Shown in pieces: positions 18,274 to 28,200 of a stretch of DNA of 64,000 nucleotides. The stretch is from positions 9,539-73,538 of the forward strand of contig JALHIN010000006.1 of the NCBI GenBank assembly GCA_022839995.1, written 5' to 3'. Within the stretch, counting starts at the first letter, position 1; the number at the start of each line of letters is the position of its first letter. This DNA is from Synergistota bacterium (GTDB taxonomy: Bacteria; Synergistota; Synergistia; Synergistales; 79-D21). The notes beneath the pieces are model-generated. The model was not told the origin of the DNA. It saw only the letters and a program-made list of their open reading frames with translations, and did no database searches. A program made the translations under genes and the position numbers.

Positions 18274-18293
18274 ATTCCGTTGCCGATTAGAAT
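18264..18293 (+). promoter_or_regulatory. sigma-70-type promoter of the V-ATPase operon
   Basis: TTGACA-18 nt-TAGAAT, about 70 nt upstream of the first V-ATPase gene. Confidence 0.55.
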
Positions 18294-18364
18294 ACTCAGG
18301 GTGAATTTTCCTGTGTATTGTGGAATGCATTTTTTTAAAATGTTTTGCAAGGGAGGTGAAACCA

Positions 18365-18691
18365 ATGGTAGCGAATTTGGCTGATGAAATAAGGCAGGCA
18401 GAGGATAGCGCGAAAAAAATCATACAGCAGGCAAAAGCTGAGGCCGCTCGCCTCGTTTCCGATGCACGGTCTGATAGTGAAAGAAAAATTAAGGAAGCGA
18501 AGCAGGAACTGCATCAGAGGTTCCGCCAAGAGATCTCGGAGGCCGAAAAGCGGGCTGAGAAGCGCGCCGAAACGATCCGGGCCGAAGGGAAGCAGCAAAC
18601 GGAAACGTTCGTCACGGCACGGAAATCGCGGGTGGAAGAAGTGGCGAACTGGCTGGTGAAAGAGGTGACGGCGAAATATGGCCTTAGTTGA
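18365..18691 (+). CDS. V/A-type ATPase small coiled-coil stalk subunit (G/H-like)
   Basis: 108 aa of Ala/Glu/Lys/Arg-rich helix (ADEIRQAEDSAKKIIQQAKAEAARL...). It is the first gene of the V-ATPase operon. GGGAGG lies 8 nt before ATG 18365. Confidence 0.7.
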   Translation: MVANLADEIRQAEDSAKKIIQQAKAEAARLVSDARSDSERKIKEAKQELHQRFRQEISEAEKRAEKRAETIRAEGKQQTETFVTARKSRVEEVANWLVKEVTAKYGLS

Positions 18692-20711
18692 GATGAAAAA
18701 GGTCGAGCTTGCCCTGCATCGCTCCGTAACGGACCAGGTGATCGCATCCCTCCAGCGACTTGGATGTTGCGAGATCATCAGGGAAGGAGTCGACAGCGCT
18801 TCTGCGGAGGCCGATGGCGGGAAGGTAACGGAAGAGCTCAAACGCTATGAAAACCTGCTGGCCGATGCCCGGTTCGCCTTGCGTTTTCTGGAGAACTACA
18901 GGGGGGAGAAGGTTGGTTTTCTTGCGAAGGCCTTGTCCGAAAAACCCCGCTACTCGATGAGCGAATTGGAATCCTGTGCCCAAGAGATCGATTTTCAGAA
19001 CTTGATCCTTCGCCTCCGGGGCATTGAAAGACAGTTTGTAGAAATCCGAACCGAACTCTCCCAGATTGCAGGATTGGAAGCAATTCTGCGAACCTTCAGC
19101 GACCTTCCTCAACCTCTTTTCTTCTTCACAACCGGCTCAGAAAAGGTAAAGGGAATCCTTGGGACCTTGCCGACAGACCAGGTCAACCGTCTTGAGCTGG
19201 CTTTTTCTACCCACGTAGGAAAAGAGGGAGAGCTATTTATCCGAATCGGCAACCCCGAAAAGGACAAGGAAGCGAAAGCAGCTCTCATCTACCTTCGCGA
19301 GAACGAGGAGAAAGTGGCTGGGATCTGTGGAGAGGTGGCTTTCAACCGGATCGATCTCCCGCTAGAACTTTCCGGAACGGTCGAAGAAGAGATCATTCGA
19401 CTGGAAGAACGCAAACGGTCCTTGCAGCAGAAGGATTCCGAGCTGCAGGCTGAAGCGAGGTCCCTTTCCGCGGAATGGCTGAACCGAATCCAGGCCCTTT
19501 CCGATTACTTGAGCGTGATGAAGGGGCGTTTTGAAGCTCTTGATTCGAGCGAACGAACCGAACAGAGTCATTTCATTCGTTTCTGGGCCCCGGCTGAATC
19601 CCTGGCTAGGATTGAAAAGGAGCTGGAACCGTATCGGTCGCTATCCGAAAAGACGGTCAAGGCTCCGGAAGAGGGGGAAGATGCTCCTTCCCTACTCAAA
19701 AACCCGAGTTGGGCCTCCCCCTGCGAACCCCTCACGAACATGTTCGGCGTTCCGACTTACGGCGGGGTCGACCCGACGACCATGATGGCTCCTTTTTTCT
19801 ATGTCTTTTTTGGCATGTGCCTGGGTGATGCGGGGTTCGGAATCATCCTGGCGGCCCTGCTGGGGTGGGTGCTGCTTAAATTCCCCGTTGGCGGCAACCT
19901 GAGAAAACTTCTCATCGTCATGTTCATCTGCGGCCTCTCTACAATCGTGATGGGAGCCCTTACGGGTTCTTGGCTCGCAAACACGATCGACAGCTTCGCT
20001 TTCCTCCATTTCCTTCGTCCGCTCAGGGACCGATTGGTCATCTGGGATCCGATGAACGATCCGATGACATACTTGGGGGTTTGCCTCACGCTTGGGTTCG
20101 CCCAGCTGATCTTCGGTCTTTGCATCGCGTTCTGGGATGCTTTGAGGCGCGGCTCCTACTTGGAGGCATTTGCAGACCGTGGCGGCTGGATCCTTCTGCT
20201 CAACGGGGTGGCCCTCCTTTTCCTCGTGTCGATCGGGAAAGCACCGGCCTCGATGGGAATGTTGGCGAAAGTGCTGTCTATTGCGGGGGCTGTCACCTTG
20301 TTCCTGACACAGGGGAGGAGCAAGAAAGGGGTCCTGGGGAAAGCTTTTTCCGGGGCGCTCAGCCTTTACGGGATCACTTCCTATCTCGGGGATACCCTCA
20401 GTTACAGCCGCCTCCTGGCCCTAGGACTATCCGGAGCCGCCATCGGCCTGATCATCAACCTCCTTGCGAAGATGATCTCGGAAGGCGTTCCTTACGTGGG
20501 GTGGATCTTGGCCCTGATCCTTTTCGTCGTAGGAAACATCTTCAGCCTGGCGATCAACGTTCTCGGGGCTTTCGTCCATTCCCTTCGACTCCAGTACGTC
20601 GAGTTTTTCAGCAAGTTCTACGAGGCGAACGGCAGGCTTTTTGCCCCCTTTTGCCATGAAACCCAGTTCGTGAAGATCGTTGATTCCTGCGCGCAGCAGG
20701 AAGAAATGTGA
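18678..20711 (+). CDS. atpI: V/A-type ATPase subunit I (membrane a-subunit)
   Basis: 677 aa: a cytoplasmic coiled N-terminal half followed by about 7-8 TM helices, including the conserved LSYSRLLALGL region with the essential Arg. Confidence 0.93.
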   Translation: MALVEMKKVELALHRSVTDQVIASLQRLGCCEIIREGVDSASAEADGGKVTEELKRYENLLADARFALRFLENYRGEKVGFLAKALSEKPRYSMSELESCAQEIDFQNLILRLRGIERQFVEIRTELSQIAGLEAILRTFSDLPQPLFFFTTGSEKVKGILGTLPTDQVNRLELAFSTHVGKEGELFIRIGNPEKDKEAKAALIYLRENEEKVAGICGEVAFNRIDLPLELSGTVEEEIIRLEERKRSLQQKDSELQAEARSLSAEWLNRIQALSDYLSVMKGRFEALDSSERTEQSHFIRFWAPAESLARIEKELEPYRSLSEKTVKAPEEGEDAPSLLKNPSWASPCEPLTNMFGVPTYGGVDPTTMMAPFFYVFFGMCLGDAGFGIILAALLGWVLLKFPVGGNLRKLLIVMFICGLSTIVMGALTGSWLANTIDSFAFLHFLRPLRDRLVIWDPMNDPMTYLGVCLTLGFAQLIFGLCIAFWDALRRGSYLEAFADRGGWILLLNGVALLFLVSIGKAPASMGMLAKVLSIAGAVTLFLTQGRSKKGVLGKAFSGALSLYGITSYLGDTLSYSRLLALGLSGAAIGLIINLLAKMISEGVPYVGWILALILFVVGNIFSLAINVLGAFVHSLRLQYVEFFSKFYEANGRLFAPFCHETQFVKIVDSCAQQEEM

Positions 20712-20753
20712 ATTCCCGAAGAAAACCCATCTTTTTAAGGAGGAGTGGAACTT

Positions 20754-21266
20754 ATGGACCAGGTCGTCGCAACTCTCTTGAATACCATGTCGGAACAGCT
20801 CGGGGCGATGATTGCCGTTTTGGGAGCGGGAATTGCAGCGGGTTTCGCCGGTTCGGGCTCCGCGATCGGAATCTCGATCGCCGATGAGGCGGCTGCCGGG
20901 ATCATGACCGAAGACCCTGGAAAGTTCGGATTGGCGCTGCTCCTGCTGGCCCTTCCCGGTACCCAGGGAATCTATGGCCTTCTTGCGGCTTTTTTTGCCA
21001 TTCTGAAAGTGGGGCTTCTCGGAGGAGCCGCGGTGAAAGTGACCGTCTGGCAGGGGATCGGGATTTTCGGCTCCCTGATGCCCATTGCGATCGCTTGCTA
21101 CTACTCGGCGATTGCGCAGGGGAAAGCTTCTGCCGGTGCGATCCTGCTGATTTCCAAGCGTCCGGAAGAGATCGGTAAAGCCGTGATCCTGCCGGCCATG
21201 GTTGAAACCTATGCCGTTCTCGCGCTTCTGCTCAGCATCATCCTGATGAACAGCATCAAGCTCTAG
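20754..21266 (+). CDS. atpK: V/A-type ATPase subunit K (16-kDa proteolipid, 4 TM)
   Basis: Aligns by eye with Enterococcus hirae NtpK (LPGTQGIYG, SAIAQGK, AMVETYAVL). AAGGAGG lies 10 nt before ATG 20754; the track ORF begins at GTG 20745. Confidence 0.93.
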   Translation: MDQVVATLLNTMSEQLGAMIAVLGAGIAAGFAGSGSAIGISIADEAAAGIMTEDPGKFGLALLLLALPGTQGIYGLLAAFFAILKVGLLGGAAVKVTVWQGIGIFGSLMPIAIACYYSAIAQGKASAGAILLISKRPEEIGKAVILPAMVETYAVLALLLSIILMNSIKL

Positions 21267-21272
21267 GCCGGG

Positions 21273-21863
21273 GTGTCTGGCATGTCGCTGACGGATATCA
21301 AGGCGAAAATCGAGGAGGATGCCCGGGGAGAGGCGGAAGAAATTCTTTCTTCTGCACGGAACCAGGTCGAAAAGATCCGACACCAGACGGAAGAAGAAAT
21401 CCGGCGGATGGAGGAAATGCAAAAGAAACGCCTGGATGCGGAGATCCCGGAAATCCTGCGCAGGAAGGAAATCGTGGCAAAACTGGACGTGAACAACCAG
21501 GACCTGACTGCACGAAGAGCCCTGATCGATGAGGCCTTTGAAGCCGCAAAGAACATCATGTGCGGGATGGAGCCCGATATGGCGAGGCGCTTTGCGGAAA
21601 CCTTGCTTCTGCAGGCCGTTGAGACGGGGGAAGAAAGCGTCCTCGTCGGACAGGAAGAGAAGGCCCTGGATGCCGAATGGCTGGGGCAATGCAATGAGAA
21701 ACATGGCTGGAACCTGAAGATGGCGGAAAAGAAGGCTCCGATCACCGGGGGATTCATTCTTCGGCGTGGCCTGGTGGACGTAAACTGTTCCTGGGAAATG
21801 CTGATCAGGACAGCCAGGGAAGAGCTCGAGGCGGAGACGGTCAGGAAGCTTTTCTCCAATTGA
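21273..21863 (+). CDS. atpE: V/A-type ATPase subunit E
   Basis: 196 aa with a long N-terminal charged helix (IKAKIEEDARGEAEEILSSARNQVEKI) and a globular C-terminus. Operon position supports the call. An alternative start is ATG 21282. Confidence 0.88.
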   Translation: MSGMSLTDIKAKIEEDARGEAEEILSSARNQVEKIRHQTEEEIRRMEEMQKKRLDAEIPEILRRKEIVAKLDVNNQDLTARRALIDEAFEAAKNIMCGMEPDMARRFAETLLLQAVETGEESVLVGQEEKALDAEWLGQCNEKHGWNLKMAEKKAPITGGFILRRGLVDVNCSWEMLIRTAREELEAETVRKLFSN

Positions 21864-21877
21864 CGGGAGGTGAGGGA

Positions 21878-22894
21878 ATGGCCCAGGCGGAACGTTATGG
21901 CTATACGGTAGCACGCCTGAGGGCGATGGAAAATCGCCTCCTGGATTCCGGTGCTTTTCAGCGGATGCTGGATGCAGAGGACCTGCAGGGAGCACTCAAG
22001 GTTCTCAACGAGACCTGCTATTCGTCCTGGCTCGTTGAGATGAAGAACGAGGGCGCTTTTGACGGGGCCATCGAGGCCGAGTTGAACTACGTGTACAGAG
22101 AAACCGAGCAATTTGTCCCTGACAGGGCTCTGGTCACCCTCTGCAAAATGCCTTACGACTTCCACAACATCAAGGTGTTGTTGAAAAGCTCCTTCCTGCA
22201 GAAAGCCGGCGGGGTGCGGCGATGGGATCTCCTGACTTGGCTGGGAAACGTTTCCCCCGAGTTTTTGATCGAATCCCTCGAATCGGAAGATTACCGTCTC
22301 CTGCCTTTCGGTCTGAGAAGCGCGGTACCGCGGTGCCTGGCGCAATGGGAACAGTTCCATGACATCCTCGAAATCGAGCGGCAGCTGGACGACCTCCTTT
22401 TTTCCGAAATGTTGAAGTTGGCCGCGAAGCTCGAACGGAAAGGTGTGATGGAATGGGTCCAGGGAAGGATCGATGCGGAAAACGTCCGAAACCTCCTGAG
22501 GCTCCGCCGGTTGCAGGTGGAGAACAGCAGGATTGCCGGGTTCATGCACGAGGGGGGCATCATTTCGATTGAACGCCTCCTTTCCCTGACGAGCGAGCCC
22601 CTGGAAAGCTGGGGAAGGATCCTGGCTTACACCGACCTGACAGGAGCGCTGGCGGAGCTTCAGGAGATCTCCGATTTCGACCGGCTCATCGTAGACGTGG
22701 AAAAAGCACTGGACGACTACGTCCTCAGGGTTGTCGAGCAGACGCGGTTCAGTACCGCTTCTCCCGAGTATGTCCTTTACTACCTTTGGTTGAAGGAAAT
22801 GGAAGCGAAGAATGTCCGGATCATCCTTGTCGGCAAGGCAAACGGAGCCAACAGGGACGTCCTGAGGGGGTTGCTGCGGCATGTCAGCGGTTAG
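21878..22894 (+). CDS. atpC: V/A-type ATPase subunit C (d-type)
   Basis: YGYTVARLRAMENRLL N-terminus, all-helical, about 340 aa. GGGAGGTGAGGG precedes ATG 21878; the track ORF begins at TTG 21860. Confidence 0.9.
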   Translation: MAQAERYGYTVARLRAMENRLLDSGAFQRMLDAEDLQGALKVLNETCYSSWLVEMKNEGAFDGAIEAELNYVYRETEQFVPDRALVTLCKMPYDFHNIKVLLKSSFLQKAGGVRRWDLLTWLGNVSPEFLIESLESEDYRLLPFGLRSAVPRCLAQWEQFHDILEIERQLDDLLFSEMLKLAAKLERKGVMEWVQGRIDAENVRNLLRLRRLQVENSRIAGFMHEGGIISIERLLSLTSEPLESWGRILAYTDLTGALAELQEISDFDRLIVDVEKALDDYVLRVVEQTRFSTASPEYVLYYLWLKEMEAKNVRIILVGKANGANRDVLRGLLRHVSG

Positions 22895-23222
22895 CAGAAA
22901 CCGGTCGATGGCTGCTCTCGGCGATTACGAGAGCGTCCTTCCCTTTCAGGCGGTCGGTATTGAGCCCCATGTGCTCGAAGACGGATCGGAGACGGAGGCG
23001 AAAATGGTCCTGAACGAACTCGTGCTGAAAAAATACGCCGTGGTCTTCGTCGTCGAGGATTGGTACGAGCGCATGAAGGAACGGATCGAGGAAATCAACG
23101 AAAAGGAAGACACGAGCATCGTTCCCATCCCCGGACTTCGGGGATCGAGAGGCTTGGGGTTCAAGTCGATCAAGTCGAGCGTCGAACGGGCAGTCGGGAT
23201 GGACATTTTTTCCGTGAAGTAA
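22881..23222 (+). CDS. atpF: V/A-type ATPase subunit F
   Basis: About 105-113 aa. The [18 protein letters not shown] motif and operon position support the call. An alternative start is ATG 22908. Confidence 0.85.
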   Translation: MSAVSRNRSMAALGDYESVLPFQAVGIEPHVLEDGSETEAKMVLNELVLKKYAVVFVVEDWYERMKERIEEINEKEDTSIVPIPGLRGSRGLGFKSIKSSVERAVGMDIFSVK

Positions 23223-23247
23223 TCGGAACAGGTTGGAGGCGATCCAT

Positions 23248-25041
23248 GTGGCCGTAGGGAAGTCGGTAAAGGGAAAAATCAGCAAAATCTCCGGGCCGCT
23301 CGTTGTTGCCAGCGGAATGACGGGCGCAGGGATGTATGACGTGGTCCGGGTCGGAAACCTTGGGCTTGTCGGAGAAATCATCGAACTGAAAGGGGACCTG
23401 GCCTCTGTCCAGGTATATGAAGAAACTTCCGGGCTGATGCCTGGTGAGCCGGTCATCAGCACGGGTGCGCCCTTGAGCGTGGAGCTGGGCCCGGGCATGA
23501 TCGAGCAGTTCTACGATGGCGTTCAGCGCCCTCTGAACGCGATTGAGGAAAAGGCGCAGAGCCCTTTTATCTCACGCGGCATCAACGTCCCAGCCATCGA
23601 CCGGAACAGGAAGTGGACCTTCAAGGCCAAGGCGAAGAAGGGGGACTCCGTGGCGTCGGGAGATGTGCTCGGGGTTGTCCAGGAAACCGTCCTCGTGGAA
23701 CACCGGATTATGGTTCCGCCGGGCGTCCAAGGGACGATTGAGGAAATCCGCGAAGGGGATTTTACCGTTGAAGAGACCATCGCGGTTCTCGTAGATGGCG
23801 CAGAACGCAGGGAGATCCAGATGCTCCAGCGTTGGCCCGTTCGTACGCCCCGTCCTGTTGCCAGGCGCCTTCCCCCGGTTGTTCCCTTGACGACCGGTCA
23901 GCGCGTTGTCGACATGTTCTTCCTGATCGCCCGGGGGGGAACCGCCTGCGTTCCGGGGCCGTTCGGATCCGGGAAGACCGTCATCCAGCACCAGCTGGCA
24001 AAATGGGCCGATGCGGAAATCGTCGTCTATATCGGGTGTGGGGAGCGGGGGAACGAGATGACGGACGTCCTTCTGGAATTCCCTGAACTCGAAGATCCGC
24101 GATCGGGGCAACCGCTGATGAAGCGGACGGTTCTCATCGCCAACACCTCGAACATGCCCGTTGCCGCCCGGGAGGCCTCGATCTACACGGGGATCACGAT
24201 TGCCGAGTATTACCGTGACATGGGCTACTCGGTCGCCTTGATGGCGGATTCGACGAGCCGCTGGGCGGAAGCGCTGCGGGAAATTTCCGGTCGGCTTGAG
24301 GAAATGCCCGGTGAAGAGGGATACCCGGCCTACCTCGGAACCCGACTGGCATCCTTCTATGAACGTGCTGGTCGAGCGATTTGTCTCGGTAAGGAAAGGG
24401 TCGAAGGGGCCGTCAGCGTCATCGGCGCCGTTTCCCCTCCTGGGGGCGACCTGTCCGAGCCCGTGACACAGAATACCCTTCGCGTCACGAAAGTATTTTG
24501 GGGTCTGGATGCAAGCCTCGCCTACCAGAGGCATTTTCCTGCGATCAACTGGCTTAGCAGTTACTCTCTCTACGCCGAGAAGCTGGGAGAGTACTGGGAT
24601 GGTATTTATGACGGCGAGTGGGCCAAGAATCGAATCCAAGCCATGTCGTTGCTGGAGGACGAAGATCGCCTGAAGGAAATCGTCCGCCTGGTCGGAATCG
24701 ATTCCCTTTCCAAAGAAGAGCGGATGATCCTCGAAACGGCGAAATCCCTCCGGGAGGATTTCCTTCACCAGAACGCATTCCACGAAGTGGACACCTACGC
24801 CTCGATGGACAAGCAGTTCAAGATGCTGAGGAACATCCTGACATTCCACCACCTGGCGATGGAGGCGCTGAAGCGTGGAGCGGCCCTGAAGGACATCGCG
24901 GAAATGGAAATCAGGGAACGCATCACCCGCATGCGGTATGTTGACGAGAAGGAACTGCAATTGCTGGATCAGCTTGAAGAGGACATCAAGAAGGAAATCG
25001 GCAATCTGATGCCGGCTGGGGGTGAGGTCCATGTTGCCTAG
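23248..25041 (+). CDS. atpA: V/A-type ATPase catalytic subunit A
   Basis: [10 protein letters not shown]-terminus, Walker [10 protein letters not shown], the non-homologous insert, and [15 protein letters not shown] lies 8 nt before GTG 23248; the track ORF begins at TTG 23233. Confidence 0.97.
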   Translation: MAVGKSVKGKISKISGPLVVASGMTGAGMYDVVRVGNLGLVGEIIELKGDLASVQVYEETSGLMPGEPVISTGAPLSVELGPGMIEQFYDGVQRPLNAIEEKAQSPFISRGINVPAIDRNRKWTFKAKAKKGDSVASGDVLGVVQETVLVEHRIMVPPGVQGTIEEIREGDFTVEETIAVLVDGAERREIQMLQRWPVRTPRPVARRLPPVVPLTTGQRVVDMFFLIARGGTACVPGPFGSGKTVIQHQLAKWADAEIVVYIGCGERGNEMTDVLLEFPELEDPRSGQPLMKRTVLIANTSNMPVAAREASIYTGITIAEYYRDMGYSVALMADSTSRWAEALREISGRLEEMPGEEGYPAYLGTRLASFYERAGRAICLGKERVEGAVSVIGAVSPPGGDLSEPVTQNTLRVTKVFWGLDASLAYQRHFPAINWLSSYSLYAEKLGEYWDGIYDGEWAKNRIQAMSLLEDEDRLKEIVRLVGIDSLSKEERMILETAKSLREDFLHQNAFHEVDTYASMDKQFKMLRNILTFHHLAMEALKRGAALKDIAEMEIRERITRMRYVDEKELQLLDQLEEDIKKEIGNLMPAGGEVHVA

Positions 25042-26449
25042 GGAGTACCGAACCATCACCAACCTTTCAGGACCGCTGATGGTTGTCGAGAAAGTCAACG
25101 AGGTCCGCTACGACGAACTGGTGGAAATCGAACTGGATTCGGGGGAAAGAAGAAGGGGCCGTGTTCTCGAAATCACGACGGACAAGGCGCTGGTCCAGGT
25201 TTTCGAAGGGACGACGGGGATCGACTGCGAATCGACCAAGGTGCGTTTTCTCGGGAAGGTCTTGACCCTTCCCGTAAGCCGGACAATGCTCGGACGCATC
25301 TTCAACGGCCGAGGTGAACCCCTCGACGGGGGAACCGGAGTGATCCCGGAAGCGCTGCTGGACATCAACGGGAACCCGATCAACCCCTATTCGAGGGACT
25401 TTCCGTCAGAGTTCATCCAGACAGGGATTTCGACGATCGACGGAATGAACCCACTGGTTCGGGGACAGAAGCTCCCGATTTTTTCGGGTAGCGGCCTACC
25501 GCACAACCGGATGGCGGCACAGATCGCGCGCCAGGCTTCGGTCATCAGCGGGCATGAGGCTTTCGCCGTCGTGTTTGCAGCGATGGGGATCACCTTTGAG
25601 GAAGCCTCGTTTTTCATGGAGGATTTCAGGAAGACCGGGGCGATCGAGCGGACAGTCATGTTCGTGAACCTTGCGGACGACCCGGCCATCGAACGGATTA
25701 CGACTCCCCGCCTGGCCCTCACGGCAGCGGAATACCTGGCCTTCGAGTGCGACATGCATGTCCTGGTCATCCTGACGGACTTGACCAACTACTGCGAAGC
25801 CCTCCGGGAAATCTCCGCAGCCCGGAAAGAAGTCCCTGGGCGACGAGGATACCCCGGGTACCTGTACACGGACCTCGCGACCATGTACGAGCGTGCCGGG
25901 CGACTCAGGGGGAGGAAGGGATCGATCACGCAGCTTCCCATCCTGACGATGCCCGAGGATGACAAGACGCATCCGATTCCGGACCTTACGGGTTACATCA
26001 CCGAGGGACAGATCATCCTCAGCCGAGGCCTTCACAGAAAGGGGATTTACCCGCCCGTGGACGTGATGCCTTCGCTCTCCCGCCTGAAAGACAAGGGGAT
26101 TGGCAAGGGGAAGACCCGGGAAGATCACGCCGATCTCATGAACCAGCTCTTTGCGGCCTATGCCCGGGGCAAGGAAGCGAAGGAACTCGCGATCATCCTC
26201 GGGGAAGGGGCCCTGACCGAGGAGGACAAGGCTTTCGCCCGATTTGCCGATGCTTTTGAAGACCGATATGTCAGGCAGGGCGAATATGAAAACAGGAAGG
26301 TCGAAGAAACGCTGGCCCTGGGGTGGGAATTGCTGACGATGATCCCTGTGCGGGAACTGAAGCGCGTGAGGGATGCCTACGTTGAGAAATATCTCAAGCC
26401 GCTCCTGAACGAACGGGAGGCAAACGAATCGGAAGCCGTTCTGTCCTAA
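25031..26449 (+). CDS. atpB: V/A-type ATPase subunit B
   Basis: [17 protein letters not shown]-terminus and the degenerate P-loop region SGSGLPHN. Overlaps the atpA stop. Confidence 0.97.
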   Translation: MLPREYRTITNLSGPLMVVEKVNEVRYDELVEIELDSGERRRGRVLEITTDKALVQVFEGTTGIDCESTKVRFLGKVLTLPVSRTMLGRIFNGRGEPLDGGTGVIPEALLDINGNPINPYSRDFPSEFIQTGISTIDGMNPLVRGQKLPIFSGSGLPHNRMAAQIARQASVISGHEAFAVVFAAMGITFEEASFFMEDFRKTGAIERTVMFVNLADDPAIERITTPRLALTAAEYLAFECDMHVLVILTDLTNYCEALREISAARKEVPGRRGYPGYLYTDLATMYERAGRLRGRKGSITQLPILTMPEDDKTHPIPDLTGYITEGQIILSRGLHRKGIYPPVDVMPSLSRLKDKGIGKGKTREDHADLMNQLFAAYARGKEAKELAIILGEGALTEEDKAFARFADAFEDRYVRQGEYENRKVEETLALGWELLTMIPVRELKRVRDAYVEKYLKPLLNEREANESEAVLS

Positions 26450-26462
26450 GGAGGGCGAACCG

Positions 26463-27089
26463 ATGGCGAAACGATTGAATGTGAACCCGAACCGCATGGA
26501 GTTGTCCAGGCTGAAAAAACGCCTGGTGGTTGCGAAGAGGGGACACAAGCTCCTGAAGGACAAGCAGGATGCTCTGATCAAGGAATTCCTTGGGAGGGCA
26601 AGGGCGATCAAACTCTTAAGGGAACAGCTCGAGAGTGAACTCGCGGAATGTTACCGCAGCTTTCTGCTGGCGCGGGCGCAGACCTTGCCGGCCATGCTGG
26701 AGCAGGCTTTGATGATCTCCGGGGCTTCCTGCAGCTTGGAAGTTGCCTACAGGAACGTCATGAGCGTCATTGTCCCTGAGTACACGGTCAAGCAGGGCGG
26801 AGGGGGCCTCAGCTACGGGCTCGCGACCTCTCCCGGCAGCCTCGATATCGCCCTGGAAAAGTTTTCCAACCTGATCACACGGCTGATCAAGCTTGCAGCA
26901 GACGAGAAAGCCCTGAAACTCATGGCTACCGAGATCGAGAGGACACGGCGGCGCGTGAACGCACTCGAGCATGTCATGATCCCCTCTTTTAAGGAAACGA
27001 TCCGGGATATCACGATGAAATTGGACGAGATGGAGCGGTCAAGCCAGAGCCGACTGATGGTGATCAAGGAAATCGTCCGCTCGCACTAG
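26463..27089 (+). CDS. atpD: V/A-type ATPase subunit D (central stalk)
   Basis: The 208-aa coiled-coil sequence NPNRMELSRLKKRLVVAKRGHKLLKDKQDAL is the canonical subunit D N-terminus. Confidence 0.95.
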   Translation: MAKRLNVNPNRMELSRLKKRLVVAKRGHKLLKDKQDALIKEFLGRARAIKLLREQLESELAECYRSFLLARAQTLPAMLEQALMISGASCSLEVAYRNVMSVIVPEYTVKQGGGGLSYGLATSPGSLDIALEKFSNLITRLIKLAADEKALKLMATEIERTRRRVNALEHVMIPSFKETIRDITMKLDEMERSSQSRLMVIKEIVRSH

Positions 27090-27100
27090 GGCCGAGGAAC

Positions 27101-27622
27101 ATGAACAGTCTGAATTTCTCTTGCCAATGGAAGCTGGACACGGCGGAAGCGGCCTTTGTCGCCGCCTCCGCCGTCCTTGTCGGTTCGGTCTTTCTTGGAA
27201 AGGACACGAGCGTTTGGTATGGAGTCGTCCTGCGGGGAGACCTGAAAAGCATCCGGATCGGGGCCCGGTCCAATATCCAGGACGGTGCCGTGCTGCACGT
27301 CACGCGTGAGTTGGGCGTAGAGATCGGCACCGACGTGACGGTTGGACATGGGGCGATCCTGCATGGCTGTTGCATCGAGCGGGAATGCCTGATCGGAATG
27401 GGGGCGATCCTGCTGGATGGAGTGCAGATCGGGGAGGGATCCGTTGTCGCAGCCGGGAGCCTTGTCCCGGAAGGGCAAAATGTGCCGCCCGGGAACCTGG
27501 TCATGGGAGTGCCGGCAAAGGTCGTTCGTCCCATCCGACCGGAGGAACGGATTCGGATCCGCGAGCTGGCGGCCTCATACGTGGAGCTCGCGATTTTGCA
27601 CTCTGCCATTAAATCGTCCTGA
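27101..27622 (+). CDS. gamma-carbonic-anhydrase-like / hexapeptide-repeat (LbH) protein
   Basis: 173-aa left-handed beta-helix repeats: IGARSNIQDGAVLHV, VGHGAILHGCCIE, IGMGAILLDG. This is the YrdA/PaaY-type family. Confidence 0.88.
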   Translation: MNSLNFSCQWKLDTAEAAFVAASAVLVGSVFLGKDTSVWYGVVLRGDLKSIRIGARSNIQDGAVLHVTRELGVEIGTDVTVGHGAILHGCCIERECLIGMGAILLDGVQIGEGSVVAAGSLVPEGQNVPPGNLVMGVPAKVVRPIRPEERIRIRELAASYVELAILHSAIKSS

Positions 27623-27652
27623 AAGATTTGATCCTGGAGTAAAATGGGTTCG

Positions 27653-27999
27653 GGGAGTATCACAAACGACCGCTGCCTCCGGTTCTTTGAGCCGGGGGGA
27701 GAGGAAAGTCCGGGCTCCAAAGGGCAGGACGCTGGATAACTTCCAGTAGGTGCGAACCTCAGGCCAGTGCCACAGAAACAGTCCGCCGGCCACAGAGCCG
27801 GCAAGGGTGAAAAGGTGGGGTAAGAGCCCACCAGCTGTAGGGTGACCTGCAGGCTAGGCAAACCCCGTCTGGAGCAAGACCGAATAGGGGGGGATGAGGC
27901 GGCCCGCTGACCCCCGGGTACGGTCGCTTGAACTTGTGCGCAAGCCCAAGTCTAGAGAAATGGTCGTTCTTGACAGAACCCGGCTTACGGGATGCTCCC
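27653..27999 (+). ncRNA. rnpB: RNase P RNA, bacterial type A
   Basis: Universal blocks are present: GAGGAAAGUCCGGGCUCC, CACAGAAACA, GGUAAGAGCCCACC, ACAGAACCCGGCUUA. The P1 stem pairs GGAGUAUC (27654-) with GAUGCUCC (-27998). A TAAAAT -10-like box lies at 27640-27645. Confidence 0.93.
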
Positions 28000-28001
28000 C
28001 G

Positions 28002-28024
28002 CCCCCCTCCCGGGGGGTTTTTTT
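28002..28024 (+). terminator. intrinsic terminator after rnpB
   Basis: CCCCCC-TCCC-GGGGGG followed by TTTTTTT. Confidence 0.85.
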
Positions 28025-28113
28025 GTTGCCCACCACCGGAACCCGAAAGAAAAGCCCCACAGATGAACGCCCGCTAAAAAATAGGACCTCCTACCCATTA
28101 TCAACCGTTTCAT

Positions 28114-28142
28114 TTGATTCAATCGGACTATACCCATAGGTT
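28114..28142 (+). promoter_or_regulatory. candidate dcw (Pmra) promoter
   Basis: TTGATT-17 nt-TAGGTT. The predicted start site falls just before the GTG-box array. The -10 is weak. Confidence 0.4.
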
Positions 28143-28153
28143 GTGAAGTGATA

Positions 28154-28190
28154 AAGTGGGCATAAGTGGGATGAAGTGTCATTATGTGGG
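28154..28190 (+). promoter_or_regulatory. candidate MraZ operator: four 10-bp-phased GTG(G/T) boxes
   Basis: AAGTGGG (28154), AAGTGGG (28164), AAGTGTC (28174) and ATGTGGG (28184) are spaced exactly 10 bp apart. A fifth, out-of-phase AAGTGAT lies at 28146. The array ends in the mraZ SD. Confidence 0.6.
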
Positions 28191-28200
28191 AGGTTTTTGG

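Noticed and set aside
18300-18345. Second promoter-like element (TAAAAT) and an AATGCATT palindrome in the V-ATPase 5' leader.
   Set aside because: There is no acceptable -35 at 16-18 nt, and the palindrome is only 8 bp in an AT-rich stretch.
27064-27861. 265-aa minus-strand ORF and several smaller ORFs (27575..27793, 27854..28060, 27894..28139) across 27.6-28.1 kb.
   Set aside because: The region is RNase P RNA plus its terminator, and the ORFs are artefacts of a structured GC-rich RNA gene.
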